From the NCBI GenBank assembly GCA_018221305.1, contig JAAOYK010000056.1, positions 26,863-90,862 on the forward strand: DNA of 64,000 nt, in the 5' to 3' direction. The notes under the pieces were generated by a model that ran no database searches, had not been told where the DNA came from, and saw nothing but the letters and a program-made list of their open reading frames with translations. This document shows positions 18,470 through 28,084 of the stretch, piece by piece (within the stretch, counting starts at the first letter, position 1; every line of letters starts with the position of its first letter). This stretch comes from Candidatus Pacearchaeota archaeon. Lineage in GTDB: Archaea > Nanobdellota > Nanobdellia > Pacearchaeales > GW2011-AR1. The position numbers and the translations under genes were made by a program.

Positions 18470-18964
18470 ATGACAAAAGATATTGAGGTATGTTCTAATC
18501 TGCAAGACTTAAAGTCTGAGTATGTTAAATTTAAAGAGAAATATGCTTTGCCAGAATTTGATGATTTAAACAGAGTTTTTGATATTGAAGAATTGGATAT
18601 TGAGACTGATTTTTTGTTAAGACGGATTCGACGCATTATTACTGATCGAATCGCAAGTTATTTGCGTTTTGTTGAAGCGATCTTAAATCCTAGTAATGCT
18701 CCAATGTTTTTCTTTAAAGTAATAAAAAAATTAGAAAACAGTGATAAAGAAAGTCTGACTCGATTGCAGGGAATTTTGGGAAAGATTGAAATAAATGTTG
18801 TGGCATTAGATCTTGATTATCATGAAGAAATGGAAGCAAAATTTATAGTTAGAATCTCTAAATGTTTTGAAGAAGATATTAAAGCTACTCTTCTTGACAT
18901 TGTGTATAAGATGGGTAATGGTGAAAATCAAAGAACTGAAGAAAAAACTAGTTATTTTGGATAG
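18470..18964 (+). CDS. hypothetical protein
   Basis: 164 aa, helical and charged. Confidence 0.4.
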   Translation: MTKDIEVCSNLQDLKSEYVKFKEKYALPEFDDLNRVFDIEELDIETDFLLRRIRRIITDRIASYLRFVEAILNPSNAPMFFFKVIKKLENSDKESLTRLQGILGKIEINVVALDLDYHEEMEAKFIVRISKCFEEDIKATLLDIVYKMGNGENQRTEEKTSYFG

Positions 18965-19023
18965 TTAACACGTTTTTTACTTTTTTTAGTTAATATTATA
19001 AACTAAGTCATCTATATTTTTTT

Positions 19024-19635
19024 ATGCAAAAAAATGAGGGCGGTCAAGGGAATAGTGCAGTTAATTTGCCAAAGAAAACTAAGAATTCTAAGTTGCAACA
19101 ATTTTTCATTCTAGTTTTAATAGTATTATTAGCTATTATTGGATTTTTCGTAGGAATTTTGGTTTTTGAGGATGTTATTTTTAGTGAACCTGGTAACTTG
19201 GATAATGATAGTGATCTTGCTTTACTGGGATCAGCGTCTGAATGTACTGTCCCAACATATACTACTACTGGGTGTGAGGCAATACCCTTAAGCCCAGATT
19301 ATCTTGGTTTTGGAGCTGTAGGGCTTTTAGAAGATAATGATCGTATAACTTTTACAAGCGGGCCTCATGAGGGTAATACTTATACTGTTGATTTTTGTAA
19401 GGGAAAACTTTGTTGGCCTGGAGCTAATGATTGTTGTTGGATGGCAGATTTTGACGCGTGTACTGCTGTTCCAGATGAGACTTATAATCATGATTTTGTT
19501 ATAGTTAATACTCAAGGAACCTGTGAAACTGGGCTTGTATGTAACCAGGGCATGTGTGATGCCCCATTGCCTAGTATGGGCCTTGTGGCACAGATCTGGC
19601 GTAGTGCAAAGAGATTTTTTTCAAGAATTTTTTAA
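19024..19635 (+). CDS. membrane-anchored Cys-rich extracellular protein
   Basis: One N-terminal TM helix, then a domain with about 12 Cys (CKGKLCWPGANDCCW...CETGLVCNQGMC). Confidence 0.45.
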   Translation: MQKNEGGQGNSAVNLPKKTKNSKLQQFFILVLIVLLAIIGFFVGILVFEDVIFSEPGNLDNDSDLALLGSASECTVPTYTTTGCEAIPLSPDYLGFGAVGLLEDNDRITFTSGPHEGNTYTVDFCKGKLCWPGANDCCWMADFDACTAVPDETYNHDFVIVNTQGTCETGLVCNQGMCDAPLPSMGLVAQIWRSAKRFFSRIF

Positions 19636-21278
19636 AAAGCGTTAATCTTAATTTCTATACTTGCTGTTGGCATTTTAATCTTATTATTTTTTAGAACGAT
19701 TGGTTTTATTTCACCGATTATTCCTATGTCTTTATTATCTATAGAAATCTTTCCGCATCTGCCTTCAATAAAGCTTGGATGTGATGTTTCTTTCATTTCA
19801 TACTTTTTGTCTAACATCCGCATTAAGTAGTCTAAAATTTGTTTTAATTCTGTAAAGTTTGCTTTTTCATGACAAAGCGTTATGCATAAGTTTTCGGATT
19901 CTTCAACTCCAGTTTCAGTTTTATTATCTGTAAAAAATATTCTTCCAAGTTCAAAGATTTTTTGTGGGTATGATGCGTCACTATTTTCTGATAATATTTG
20001 TATTGAGTTTGCAAGAAGAGAGTTTCTTAATATATTATTTTCAGTCTTTGAATCAATTACTTCAATAATGTCTGCAGATTTGTAATCTTTGTTAATTTTT
20101 TTGAATTGTTTTTCTTTAGTTGACAAATGATATGTTGATATTTCTTGCAGGCCGAGTCCCGCAAGGATTTGGGCAATTTTTCTTTTTTTAATTGATTCTG
20201 GGTCTTCCTGGCCGATTGTTGAAATTTTTGGAATGATTGGGTCAAACTTATCATAGCCATATGCAATCGCTACTTCTTCTACTAAATCTACTTCATGTAA
20301 AATGTCTGTACGATATGCAGGAATTAATGCTGTTGGTTTGTTTTTTTCTTTAACGTATCCAATACCCATTTTTGCAAGTAAACTTTTTATTTCTTTTTCT
20401 TTAAGATCTAGGCCTAAATTTTTATTAATATATTCAATAGAAAAAGGCATTTTTTCTGGGCTTAACTGAGGCGAAATTTCTTTTGTTTTGTCAATAACCT
20501 CCATTGCATAAATTTTTCCGCCCATGTCTGCTAATGCTGTAACTATCATGTTTAAGGTCTTTTTTAGATATTCTTTATGAAACCCTGAACATTCAATAAA
20601 AATATCTTTTGTCTTTTCATTAATTTTACCAGTCTTATGTGAATTAATGATTGGAGGCATGGATAAGACTTCTCCAGCACCGTCAATAAAAATTGGATAA
20701 ATGTCTGCACCTTCAAGTAGGTGGCCGTATTCTCGTCCTGTCGGATGCTGAGATAAAATCTGGCGCCCGTTAATCTCGCGAGGGAATTCTAGTGGCTGAA
20801 ATCTTATGCTTTCAGGTTTTAATGCTAAGAATTTTATTGGTAGGGTTATTTCTTCTAATGGGTAAACTCCTACTGCTAATTTCTTTCTATTACGGCCATA
20901 GCTTCCGTGAAGCTTTTCCTGAATTTCTACTACTTCTTTAATTTTTTCTTCATCAAATTTTAATCCTTTAATAATTGCGCAAGCAGTAAATGGTCGCACT
21001 TTTTTGACAGAGTTTTCTATTGTTACTTGATAATCTTTCTGGGGTTTTTCAACCTTGTAAGTTTTCAGTCCTGGTTTTTTCAAAAATGCTGTAATTGCTC
21101 GAACAAATCCTTGAAATGAGAGCAGGTCTGGACGATTTGGAAAAACTTCTATACTAACTTCATTGTCTGTGACCTCTTCGATAGGTGTTCCAAACATTGA
21201 GATTTTGTTTTGCAAATCCTCAGTCATTTTTCCGATCTTTGACTCTAATTGTTTTTTGTTTAATGTTAGTATTGTCAT
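19632..21278 (-). CDS. pheT: phenylalanine--tRNA ligase beta subunit (archaeal type)
   Basis: 548 aa. Archaeal PheT domain order (B3/4-like, B5, catalytic-like fold). Adjacent to pheS with a MazG-like gene between them. Confidence 0.8.
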   Translation of the reverse strand: MTILTLNKKQLESKIGKMTEDLQNKISMFGTPIEEVTDNEVSIEVFPNRPDLLSFQGFVRAITAFLKKPGLKTYKVEKPQKDYQVTIENSVKKVRPFTACAIIKGLKFDEEKIKEVVEIQEKLHGSYGRNRKKLAVGVYPLEEITLPIKFLALKPESIRFQPLEFPREINGRQILSQHPTGREYGHLLEGADIYPIFIDGAGEVLSMPPIINSHKTGKINEKTKDIFIECSGFHKEYLKKTLNMIVTALADMGGKIYAMEVIDKTKEISPQLSPEKMPFSIEYINKNLGLDLKEKEIKSLLAKMGIGYVKEKNKPTALIPAYRTDILHEVDLVEEVAIAYGYDKFDPIIPKISTIGQEDPESIKKRKIAQILAGLGLQEISTYHLSTKEKQFKKINKDYKSADIIEVIDSKTENNILRNSLLANSIQILSENSDASYPQKIFELGRIFFTDNKTETGVEESENLCITLCHEKANFTELKQILDYLMRMLDKKYEMKETSHPSFIEGRCGKISIDNKDIGIIGEIKPIVLKNNKIKMPTASIEIKINAF

Positions 21279-21281
21279 TTT

Positions 21282-21608
21282 TTATATTTCATAATTTCTT
21301 TTTTTAATTATTTCCATTTTTTCTTTTATTGACTTTTCAATGTCAATATTAAAACGTCTTGCAATGATTATTAATACAAACAAAACGTCTGCGAATTCTT
21401 TTTCAATGTCGTCTTTTTTTAATTTTTCTAGTTTAGATTTTCGTTGGTACCCTTTATGTGCTAAGATTTCATTAAATAGTTCACCGGTTTCTTCTATTAG
21501 TTTTAGGGACATAGCCATTGTTAATTCTTTTTCATCTTTGTCTTTGTAATAGTCTTCAAGACGATTTATTTCCCAGTCTATGAATTCGTTTAGTTCTTTG
21601 ATTTCCAT
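21282..21608 (-). CDS. MazG-like nucleoside triphosphate pyrophosphohydrolase
   Basis: EETGELFNEIL...EFADVLFVLIIIA matches the MazG/NTP-PPase all-alpha signature (EExxE...D). Confidence 0.55.
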   Translation of the reverse strand: MEIKELNEFIDWEINRLEDYYKDKDEKELTMAMSLKLIEETGELFNEILAHKGYQRKSKLEKLKKDDIEKEFADVLFVLIIIARRFNIDIEKSIKEKMEIIKKRNYEI

Positions 21609-21609
21609 G

Positions 21610-23145
21610 TTATTTGTCCCATATTTTCATGTCTCGTAGTTTATTTATGTCATTTTTGAACATTTCTCTTAAATCTTTTATGTTGAAGAATTTTGTGATC
21701 ATTCTGTCAAATCCCATTCCCCAGGCTAAAACTGGTATGTGCCTTCCAAATATTGGTATTGTTAATTCTGGTCTAAACATTCCTGCCCCAACTAATTCTA
21801 CCCATGCTTTTTTTACTGGATTAAAATAATCTACTTCGACGCTTGGTTCTGTGTATGGGAAGTATCCTGGTCTTACCCGTATTTTATCAAAGCCCATTTT
21901 ATTGAAAAATTTTGTTAAGTATCCTATTAGTTGTCCAAATGTTGCGTTTTCGTCAATTACTATGCCCTCTGTTTGATTAAATTCAAATCCGTGAGACCAG
22001 TCTAAAGTTTCGTTTCTAAATACTTTTCCTACTGAAAAATATTTCGCAGGGAATTCTTTAGTTTGTGAAATCTCCTTTAGGGTTTTGGCTGATAAACAAG
22101 TTGTGTGTGTCCTGAGTGCCACTTTTTTTGCTTCTTTATCTTTCCAGTTGTATTGCCATCCAATTGAACCCGGGATTTTTCCTTCATGAGCCTTTTTTAC
22201 TTCGGTTACAAATTTGTTATCTGGAAGTTTTGCTATTTTGTCTTTTATAAAAAATGTATCTTGCATTTCTCGAACTGGGTGATCTTGTGGTGTGAATAAA
22301 ACATCAAAGTTCCAAAAGCTTGATTGTGTCATGTTACCGCTCATTTCTTTAAAGCCCATGTCTGTCCAGATCTTTTTTGCATAATCTGTTGCCTGATTAA
22401 CAAAATGACGTTTTCCACCATTAATTCTAGGTACTGGGCTTGTTAAGTCATATCTTCTAAATTTTTTACCTTTCCATCTTCCAGATTTTAATATTTCTGG
22501 GGTTAGTTGTTCAATCATGTCTTTAGTAGGGGTTAGGTTTTGTTGCATTATTTCTCTTCCAAGGTCTGTTGGTTTGAAGCTTACTGTCTTTTTATCTTGA
22601 ATGTCGATAATATTTTTTCTTGACTTAAGTTTGTCTAACGAATATTTTTCTTGTGGTTCTAATTGGTCTGTATTTTTTGGCAAGGTTTCTAAAAACTTTT
22701 CTTCTAATGACTTTTCAACAAGTGCTTCTTTTTTACCTGTCAGAATTATGTTACCATTAACCAAATTAATAAGTGCTTTACGCTTTAAAGCGCCAAGAGC
22801 GGCTTTAAATTCATTATCTGAAATGCCTGACTTGCTCATAGCGTCTGGGATTGAAATGGTTGTTTTTTCAGCTATAACGTTTGCAAGTCTTCGTTCTGGT
22901 AATCCTTGCTTTTTGTATGTAAGCCCATTTATGCCAAGTTCTATGATTCTTTCCTTTTTTATAGAAATCTGGATAATTTTTTTGTTTGATAAAAATTCTA
23001 ATGCACGCATTATGGCAGTCTTTCCAATGGTTGTTTTTTCGTCAAGGCCTTTGAATGTACTTCCTTCTAAATATGGTATTATTTTTCTTTCATTTGGAGA
23101 TAATGATTCTATTACTTTTTGTATCTCAATGTCTTTTTCAGTCAT
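21610..23145 (-). CDS. pheS: phenylalanine--tRNA ligase alpha subunit (archaeal type)
   Basis: 511 aa. Class II motifs (FRNETLDWSHGFEFNQTEG, GAGMFRPE, GFDRMIT) and N-terminal winged-helix repeats. Confidence 0.85.
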   Translation of the reverse strand: MTEKDIEIQKVIESLSPNERKIIPYLEGSTFKGLDEKTTIGKTAIMRALEFLSNKKIIQISIKKERIIELGINGLTYKKQGLPERRLANVIAEKTTISIPDAMSKSGISDNEFKAALGALKRKALINLVNGNIILTGKKEALVEKSLEEKFLETLPKNTDQLEPQEKYSLDKLKSRKNIIDIQDKKTVSFKPTDLGREIMQQNLTPTKDMIEQLTPEILKSGRWKGKKFRRYDLTSPVPRINGGKRHFVNQATDYAKKIWTDMGFKEMSGNMTQSSFWNFDVLFTPQDHPVREMQDTFFIKDKIAKLPDNKFVTEVKKAHEGKIPGSIGWQYNWKDKEAKKVALRTHTTCLSAKTLKEISQTKEFPAKYFSVGKVFRNETLDWSHGFEFNQTEGIVIDENATFGQLIGYLTKFFNKMGFDKIRVRPGYFPYTEPSVEVDYFNPVKKAWVELVGAGMFRPELTIPIFGRHIPVLAWGMGFDRMITKFFNIKDLREMFKNDINKLRDMKIWDK

Positions 23146-23231
23146 GTTAAAGTATAGTTTGGATGTTTTATAAATTTAAGGTTCTGACATAATACCGATA
23201 AGTTTTTATATTAATTTTTGTATGAATTGCA

Positions 23232-23957
23232 ATGAAATGTTCTGATAATCAGGCATCATGGCTTGATACTGACGATTTAAATGATAAGGCTGAGGTGTAT
23301 TATGATGATGATAATCTTTGTGATTCTTATAGTTGTTTAAAGCAAATCTCTGACAGGGGGTCAACACCTCCACATATCCGGTTTAATCAAGGACTTATTT
23401 TTTCTAAAAAAGCTAGAGAAGATCCTACCTTGTATTCTATTGCGCAAAAAATCTTTTCAGAGGTTCTTGAATCTCCATTGTATCGTTTAGATTGTTTGCA
23501 TGCTCTTGGAAATATTAGCCTTTTGTCTGAGGATCATGAACTTGCAATACCTACTTACCGAATAGCAATAGAATCTGATCCTACTTTTAAACCTGCATAT
23601 GAGGGATTGATCGCTGGTTTTTGTTCTTTGAAAGTTTTTGAAGAAGCTGATCAAGCTTACTCTGAGGGCATTACTAATTGTGATGGCGGATTAGAGGCTG
23701 GTTTGTTTAATATGGCTTTAGCTGCGACTTTGGAAAAGGACCGCGTTAGATCTAAAAAGTGTTTTGATGCGTGCTTAAATTCTCTTGATGATCTAAGTGA
23801 GGCTTTGTCTGCTCATAATTTAGATCATTACTTTGAAAAACCAGATTTTGAAGGGTTTTTTGAATATGTTTCTAAAGATCCAGAGGGGCGATCCCTACCT
23901 CTTTTTTTGAGAACTCCTGCTTGGAAACCTAGGGAATCTTTTGGAAGTTCTGACTAA
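23232..23957 (+). CDS. TPR-like repeat protein
   Basis: Repeated A/L/Y-rich helical hairpins (ALGNISLLSEDHELAIPTYRIAIESDPTFKPAYEGL...). Confidence 0.4.
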   Translation: MKCSDNQASWLDTDDLNDKAEVYYDDDNLCDSYSCLKQISDRGSTPPHIRFNQGLIFSKKAREDPTLYSIAQKIFSEVLESPLYRLDCLHALGNISLLSEDHELAIPTYRIAIESDPTFKPAYEGLIAGFCSLKVFEEADQAYSEGITNCDGGLEAGLFNMALAATLEKDRVRSKKCFDACLNSLDDLSEALSAHNLDHYFEKPDFEGFFEYVSKDPEGRSLPLFLRTPAWKPRESFGSSD

Positions 23958-24406
23958 TGTGGTGATGCTTCTTTTGCTTGATTTGTTGAAGCACCTAAGC
24001 TTAGAAAAATGCTTGAAATTTCTTGGTTAGATAAACTTTTTGGATAAATTATGATTTGAGTTTTTGTACGTTTGCATAAATCAATGTTTTGTTTTATGCG
24101 TGACAACATGATTGCTTTATCTTTTTTTGCCATTTTTTTAATTAGTGGCCAGTCTATACCAATTTTTATGTTATTTTGTTTTGCTAATTTGCACAGAACC
24201 TCATTTAGCCCTGAGTCGCGCTGTTTCATGTAATCTTTACGATCATGTACGTGTGGGTCTAGGAATATGTCTACATCTTTATTTTCTACAACTTTTCGGT
24301 TAAATTCTTGTGATCCTGCTTGCACGACTACTGTTTCCTTTTTTTCTTTTAAGGTCTTGATTTCTTTTCTTAAGGTGTTTAAGTTTGATGTTGTTATCAT
24401 TTGCAT
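23954..24406 (-). CDS. RNase P protein component 3 (Rpp30-like), short form
   Basis: VVVQAGSQEFNRKVVENKDVDIFLDPH...IKIGIDW resembles the Rpp30 TIM-barrel core (NR.A.E..VDIL..PE). At 150 aa it is shorter than typical. Confidence 0.4.
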   Translation of the reverse strand: MQMITTSNLNTLRKEIKTLKEKKETVVVQAGSQEFNRKVVENKDVDIFLDPHVHDRKDYMKQRDSGLNEVLCKLAKQNNIKIGIDWPLIKKMAKKDKAIMLSRIKQNIDLCKRTKTQIIIYPKSLSNQEISSIFLSLGASTNQAKEASPH

Positions 24407-24452
24407 AAATATTATTGTAAGGAGATATATTTAAAGTTTCGGAAAGAAATAA

Positions 24453-25658
24453 TTACTTATGAAGTTTTCTTTTGTTAGTTTTTAAGGCTTCAAAAACAGG
24501 CGTAGTTGCATTAACAATAAAATAAAGTGCAGAGCCTCCTCCTGTTGAAGATACTCCTTCATAATTAACTTCTGCTGCAGTATCTCCACCTAATACTGCA
24601 CAATTTTCTAAATTCTTCCTCATGCTTGCTAATACTGGGTCTGTTGCTTGTTTAAATCCTTTATTATATATCCCTGGAGTTCCTGCTAAAATTCCTCTTC
24701 CTCTTTCTTGGATCATCTGATCTAGTGATTGAATCGCAGTATTGGGTAAGATAAAATCAACTATCATGTAGTCTTTAGGAATTTGGGTATTTTTTGGATT
24801 TATTGTATGTGGGTTAAGATATTTATCATCTTGTTTTTTAGCAATAACTACTTTTTCAGGGATATGAATTTTATGTTTATTTTCTCCTCTTAAAGCTTCT
24901 GCTACTTGTTTTTCATAGGTTTTTCCACTATCTTTAATAAGAGACTTGCCAATAGGAAATCCTTGTACATGTAGAATGGTATTTAATACGATTCCTCCGG
25001 GAATAATTGCATCATAGGTTTCTAAAAAACCAGCAAGACCTGTTAGGATTTTTTCTTTTTTTATTCCTCCAAGGATAGCAACAGAGTAGCTTTCTGGGTC
25101 TTTTCCGGCCCATGGTTCTAATAATTTCATTTCTTTTAATTGACTTTTTGTTGCATAACCTGGCAAATATCTTAAAATACCTACATTTGAAGCATGGATT
25201 CTATGGGCTTTCCCAAAACCACCTACTGCAACATTTTGTCCTAATCTGGCAAATTCTGCTGCAAGAAATGGATCATCTTTTTCTTCACCTTCATTTTTCC
25301 TAGTATTTCCCATTATTGCTACTGTTCCTGGCTTTAATCCTTGAACAAATTGAACCGCTTCATAAGTGCTATTTTCTGGAAAATATTCAACTTTGGATTC
25401 TAATTTGCTGGATAAATAAGGTACAATAAAATCAAGATCTTCTGTATCTCCTTTTTTAAATCTGCCCTTGTGAGCTAAAATAATTGGGTTGCCTCCTTGA
25501 TCTAGAATATATTTTAAATCTTCAATTTCTACATCTACTCTGTCTGTGTTCTTTAGTTTACTGTTTTTATGTTTAATATTAAAATCTGCCGCATAAATCC
25601 ATTTACTGTTTGGATTTATCTTTGTTTCTTGTAATTTTGCTACATCATCGAAATTCAT
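24453..25658 (-). CDS. pgk: phosphoglycerate kinase
   Basis: ADFNIKHKN (compare VDFNVPL), ILAHKGR (compare SHLGRP) and C-terminal STGGGSALYF (compare STGGGASLE). 401 aa fits archaeal PGK. Confidence 0.8.
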   Translation of the reverse strand: MNFDDVAKLQETKINPNSKWIYAADFNIKHKNSKLKNTDRVDVEIEDLKYILDQGGNPIILAHKGRFKKGDTEDLDFIVPYLSSKLESKVEYFPENSTYEAVQFVQGLKPGTVAIMGNTRKNEGEEKDDPFLAAEFARLGQNVAVGGFGKAHRIHASNVGILRYLPGYATKSQLKEMKLLEPWAGKDPESYSVAILGGIKKEKILTGLAGFLETYDAIIPGGIVLNTILHVQGFPIGKSLIKDSGKTYEKQVAEALRGENKHKIHIPEKVVIAKKQDDKYLNPHTINPKNTQIPKDYMIVDFILPNTAIQSLDQMIQERGRGILAGTPGIYNKGFKQATDPVLASMRKNLENCAVLGGDTAAEVNYEGVSSTGGGSALYFIVNATTPVFEALKTNKRKLHK

Positions 25659-25814
25659 TATTAAAATGTAAATTAATGCATTTAAAAGAATTATTGTGAT
25701 GGATTTTGAAATATCTTTCTTATATCGTTTGCGATTAAAGGAAGTTGCAATTGAATAACCCTCTAGGGGCTAAAAATGCAATTTGGGAGAACCGCAGTGA
25801 ACTCTTTAATCGCT

Positions 25815-25909
25815 GTTATCGGTTTTCAGAGAACAAGAAGCTTTAGCTTCGCAGAGTTTTATGAGCAAATGGGGTGGGCTTCCTATTAAATAAGGGAAAG
25901 CACGATAGG
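25815..25909. repeat. left arm of nested inverted repeats (gttatcggt / gttttatgagcaaat / gggaaagcac) flanking the 25916..26188 ORF
   Basis: Three segments are perfectly complementary, in nested order, to 26326-26334, 26308-26321 and 26281-26290. Confidence 0.55.
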
Positions 25910-25915
25910 CATTAT

Positions 25916-26188
25916 TTATTTTTTTCTATTTTCATAAGCTCTTTTCCATTTATCATAACATTCTTTGTGATGCTCTTCCTGTTTTTTAAAAGCTTCTCGT
26001 ACCAATTTTGACTCGCTTTCAAACATTGGCAAAAATTGATCATGCATGTAATAAACAATGCTCATATTTATACCTTTTAAATTATTCTTTCTAATCATGT
26101 TTTGAAAAAGTGCTTTTTCCCCAACCCCTAAGTGAATATTGAAAATATCTTCAAATGCTTCGTACCAATATCTGTAATCTTCTCCCAT
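25916..26188 (-). CDS. hypothetical 90-aa protein enclosed by the inverted repeats
   Basis: MGEDYRYWYEAFEDIF...ECYDKWKRAYENRKK. Charged, helical, no recognisable motif. Confidence 0.4.
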   Translation of the reverse strand: MGEDYRYWYEAFEDIFNIHLGVGEKALFQNMIRKNNLKGINMSIVYYMHDQFLPMFESESKLVREAFKKQEEHHKECYDKWKRAYENRKK

Positions 26189-26280
26189 TCTAAATTATTT
26201 TATGAATTTAGTATCAAGAACTCTTCTTCCCCCATTAGGTTAAAGATGTTAAGCTTGCCCGGTTTTTATAGCTTTCGCGA

Positions 26281-26334
26281 GTGCTTTCCCCTATCTGGGT
26301 GGGCAGAAATTTGCTCATAAAATTACCGATAACT
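26281..26334. repeat. right arm of nested inverted repeats (gtgctttccc / atttgctcataaaa / accgataac)
   Basis: Complement of the left-arm segments. Additional short direct repeats (tagctt(t)cgc, gggtgggc) are shared between the arms. Confidence 0.55.
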
Positions 26335-26364
26335 ATATTTTTTAAGAAGTTATGATTTTAAAGT

Positions 26365-27057
26365 TTAGCTTTTGATAATTGTTCCAACAAAATGTTTATG
26401 GTTTAACAAATTATCAAGATTTTTTGTGTTTGAACCTAAAATGTATGTTGTGATGTTGTTTTGTTTTATGATCTTTGATGCTTTTTGATCTAAGACAAAA
26501 TGTTGGCCTGGTTTGTATTTGATCTTGTTTGCAATCTTAAAGAATTCTTTATGCGAAATTTCATGAATAAATTTGGCACTTTTATATTTTTGAGGGTTTT
26601 TGTCATATAGTCCCTTGACATTTGTAAGATTAATAAAGTCACATTTTAAAGATTTGGCAATCTTTGCTGCAGCACTGTCAGATGTTTCTTTTTTTTGATA
26701 TGTTAGGCCGCCACAAAAAACTATTGAATTTTTCTTAAGTGATTTTTTTATTGATAAAATATTATGTGGGATGCCTTGTTTTTGATTAATTCCAAAAAAA
26801 TGCTGAACAAAACGAGCGTTAAGGCGCGTTATTGCAATACCGACCATGCTTTGAAAATAAACTTTACGTTTATCTTTGATATGATCTAGGGCGCTCATAT
26901 AGTTGCGTGCAACACTTCCGCCCCCACAAACAATAACAAATTTATAATTTTTCAAATTTTTTAATAGAATCTTTTTTATTTCTTTTAGATATTTTGTTTG
27001 TATTTTATTTGGAACAATTAAGCTTCCGCCAAGACTAATTATTATCACCTTTTTCAT
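26365..27057 (-). CDS. pyrH: uridylate (UMP) kinase, archaeal type
   Basis: KKVIIISLGGSLIVP (amino-acid-kinase-fold N-terminus) and VIVCGGGSVARNY. 230 aa. Confidence 0.75.
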   Translation of the reverse strand: MKKVIIISLGGSLIVPNKIQTKYLKEIKKILLKNLKNYKFVIVCGGGSVARNYMSALDHIKDKRKVYFQSMVGIAITRLNARFVQHFFGINQKQGIPHNILSIKKSLKKNSIVFCGGLTYQKKETSDSAAAKIAKSLKCDFINLTNVKGLYDKNPQKYKSAKFIHEISHKEFFKIANKIKYKPGQHFVLDQKASKIIKQNNITTYILGSNTKNLDNLLNHKHFVGTIIKS

Positions 27058-27156
27058 GTATTCGTTAATTTGTTTGTTTATTTAAATTTTTTGAAAATGA
27101 GTAGTGCAATAGTTGGTATTAAATTATGCTTTTTAGAGTATAGCAAGTGTTTTTAA

Positions 27157-27591
27157 GTGAAACTTTTAATATATTCTGTTCGAAAAATGTCGCATAAAAG
27201 TTATAACTCTGCAGAATACAAGGGGCAGAGATTTATTGATCATGTTATTGATACTACAAATCTCTCAAAAAGATTCAAAGAACGCCTTGCTCAGAGTGAT
27301 TCTATGTACCAGACATATGGCTGGAGTGTTCTAAACACAAAACAGTCTGGAGACTCTGTTTATTTTGATCTTTTTGGTGTTAATTGCCATGTGACTTTTG
27401 AAAGTAAAAAAAAGAAGAATTATGCTGTTTTAGAAAAAAAGCTTGGTGCTGGGGGATGGGAGGCTGAAAAATGGTTTGCGTTTAAAATTGAAAGATCAAA
27501 AACTAAGCGTATTAATGAGAGTAAAACATTTTCTGACCTTTTCGAACAGATGGTCAAAGATATTGCAACTTATCGATCTTCTAAACTGTGA
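27157..27591 (+). CDS. hypothetical protein
   Basis: 144 aa, no motif recognised. Confidence 0.35.
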   Translation: MKLLIYSVRKMSHKSYNSAEYKGQRFIDHVIDTTNLSKRFKERLAQSDSMYQTYGWSVLNTKQSGDSVYFDLFGVNCHVTFESKKKKNYAVLEKKLGAGGWEAEKWFAFKIERSKTKRINESKTFSDLFEQMVKDIATYRSSKL

Positions 27592-28003
27592 ACAATTTGT
27601 TGTCTGTGACAATGTACACTTTTAGGCGTGCACCGCAGTCTAGCCAACCATGTGCATAATTAAGGGCCCCATAGGAATTTACAAAATCTTTTTTTTCTTT
27701 GAAATGTAATGCGTCTGATAAATAACATTCTACCATCAGAAAAATTTCTTTTGCTTGCTTCTCTTTTCCTTTGGCCACTGCCTTTTTTGCGATCATTAAT
27801 GCTTTGCTGGTTAGGTTATGGTACTTGTTTATTTTTTCAATTGTTATTTTATTATTTTTTTTCATGAAATGTTTAGGTAAAGTTGGTTTAAATATATTTT
27901 CAAAAGGGCAGTTTGTAAAATGAGGATTTGGAAGTCGCATTTTTGAAAAATAGGATTTGAAAATAAATTTGTTATAGATTACTTTGAAACTCCTTATATT
28001 CAA
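27581..28003 (-). CDS. DUF357-like archaeal protein
   Basis: YAHGWLDCGARLKVY resembles the conserved AHGWLDaG core of DUF357. Confidence 0.35.
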   Translation of the reverse strand: MNIRSFKVIYNKFIFKSYFSKMRLPNPHFTNCPFENIFKPTLPKHFMKKNNKITIEKINKYHNLTSKALMIAKKAVAKGKEKQAKEIFLMVECYLSDALHFKEKKDFVNSYGALNYAHGWLDCGARLKVYIVTDNKLFTV

Positions 28004-28084
28004 TCACCAAAATGATTTAAAAAAAGAAATGATTCTTATTTTTGAAAAAGGGGAATGGGAGGAGTCCTCTTCTCCCTTCAATTT

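Noticed and set aside
22601-23173. 190-aa plus-strand ORF
   Set aside because: It is antisense within pheS.
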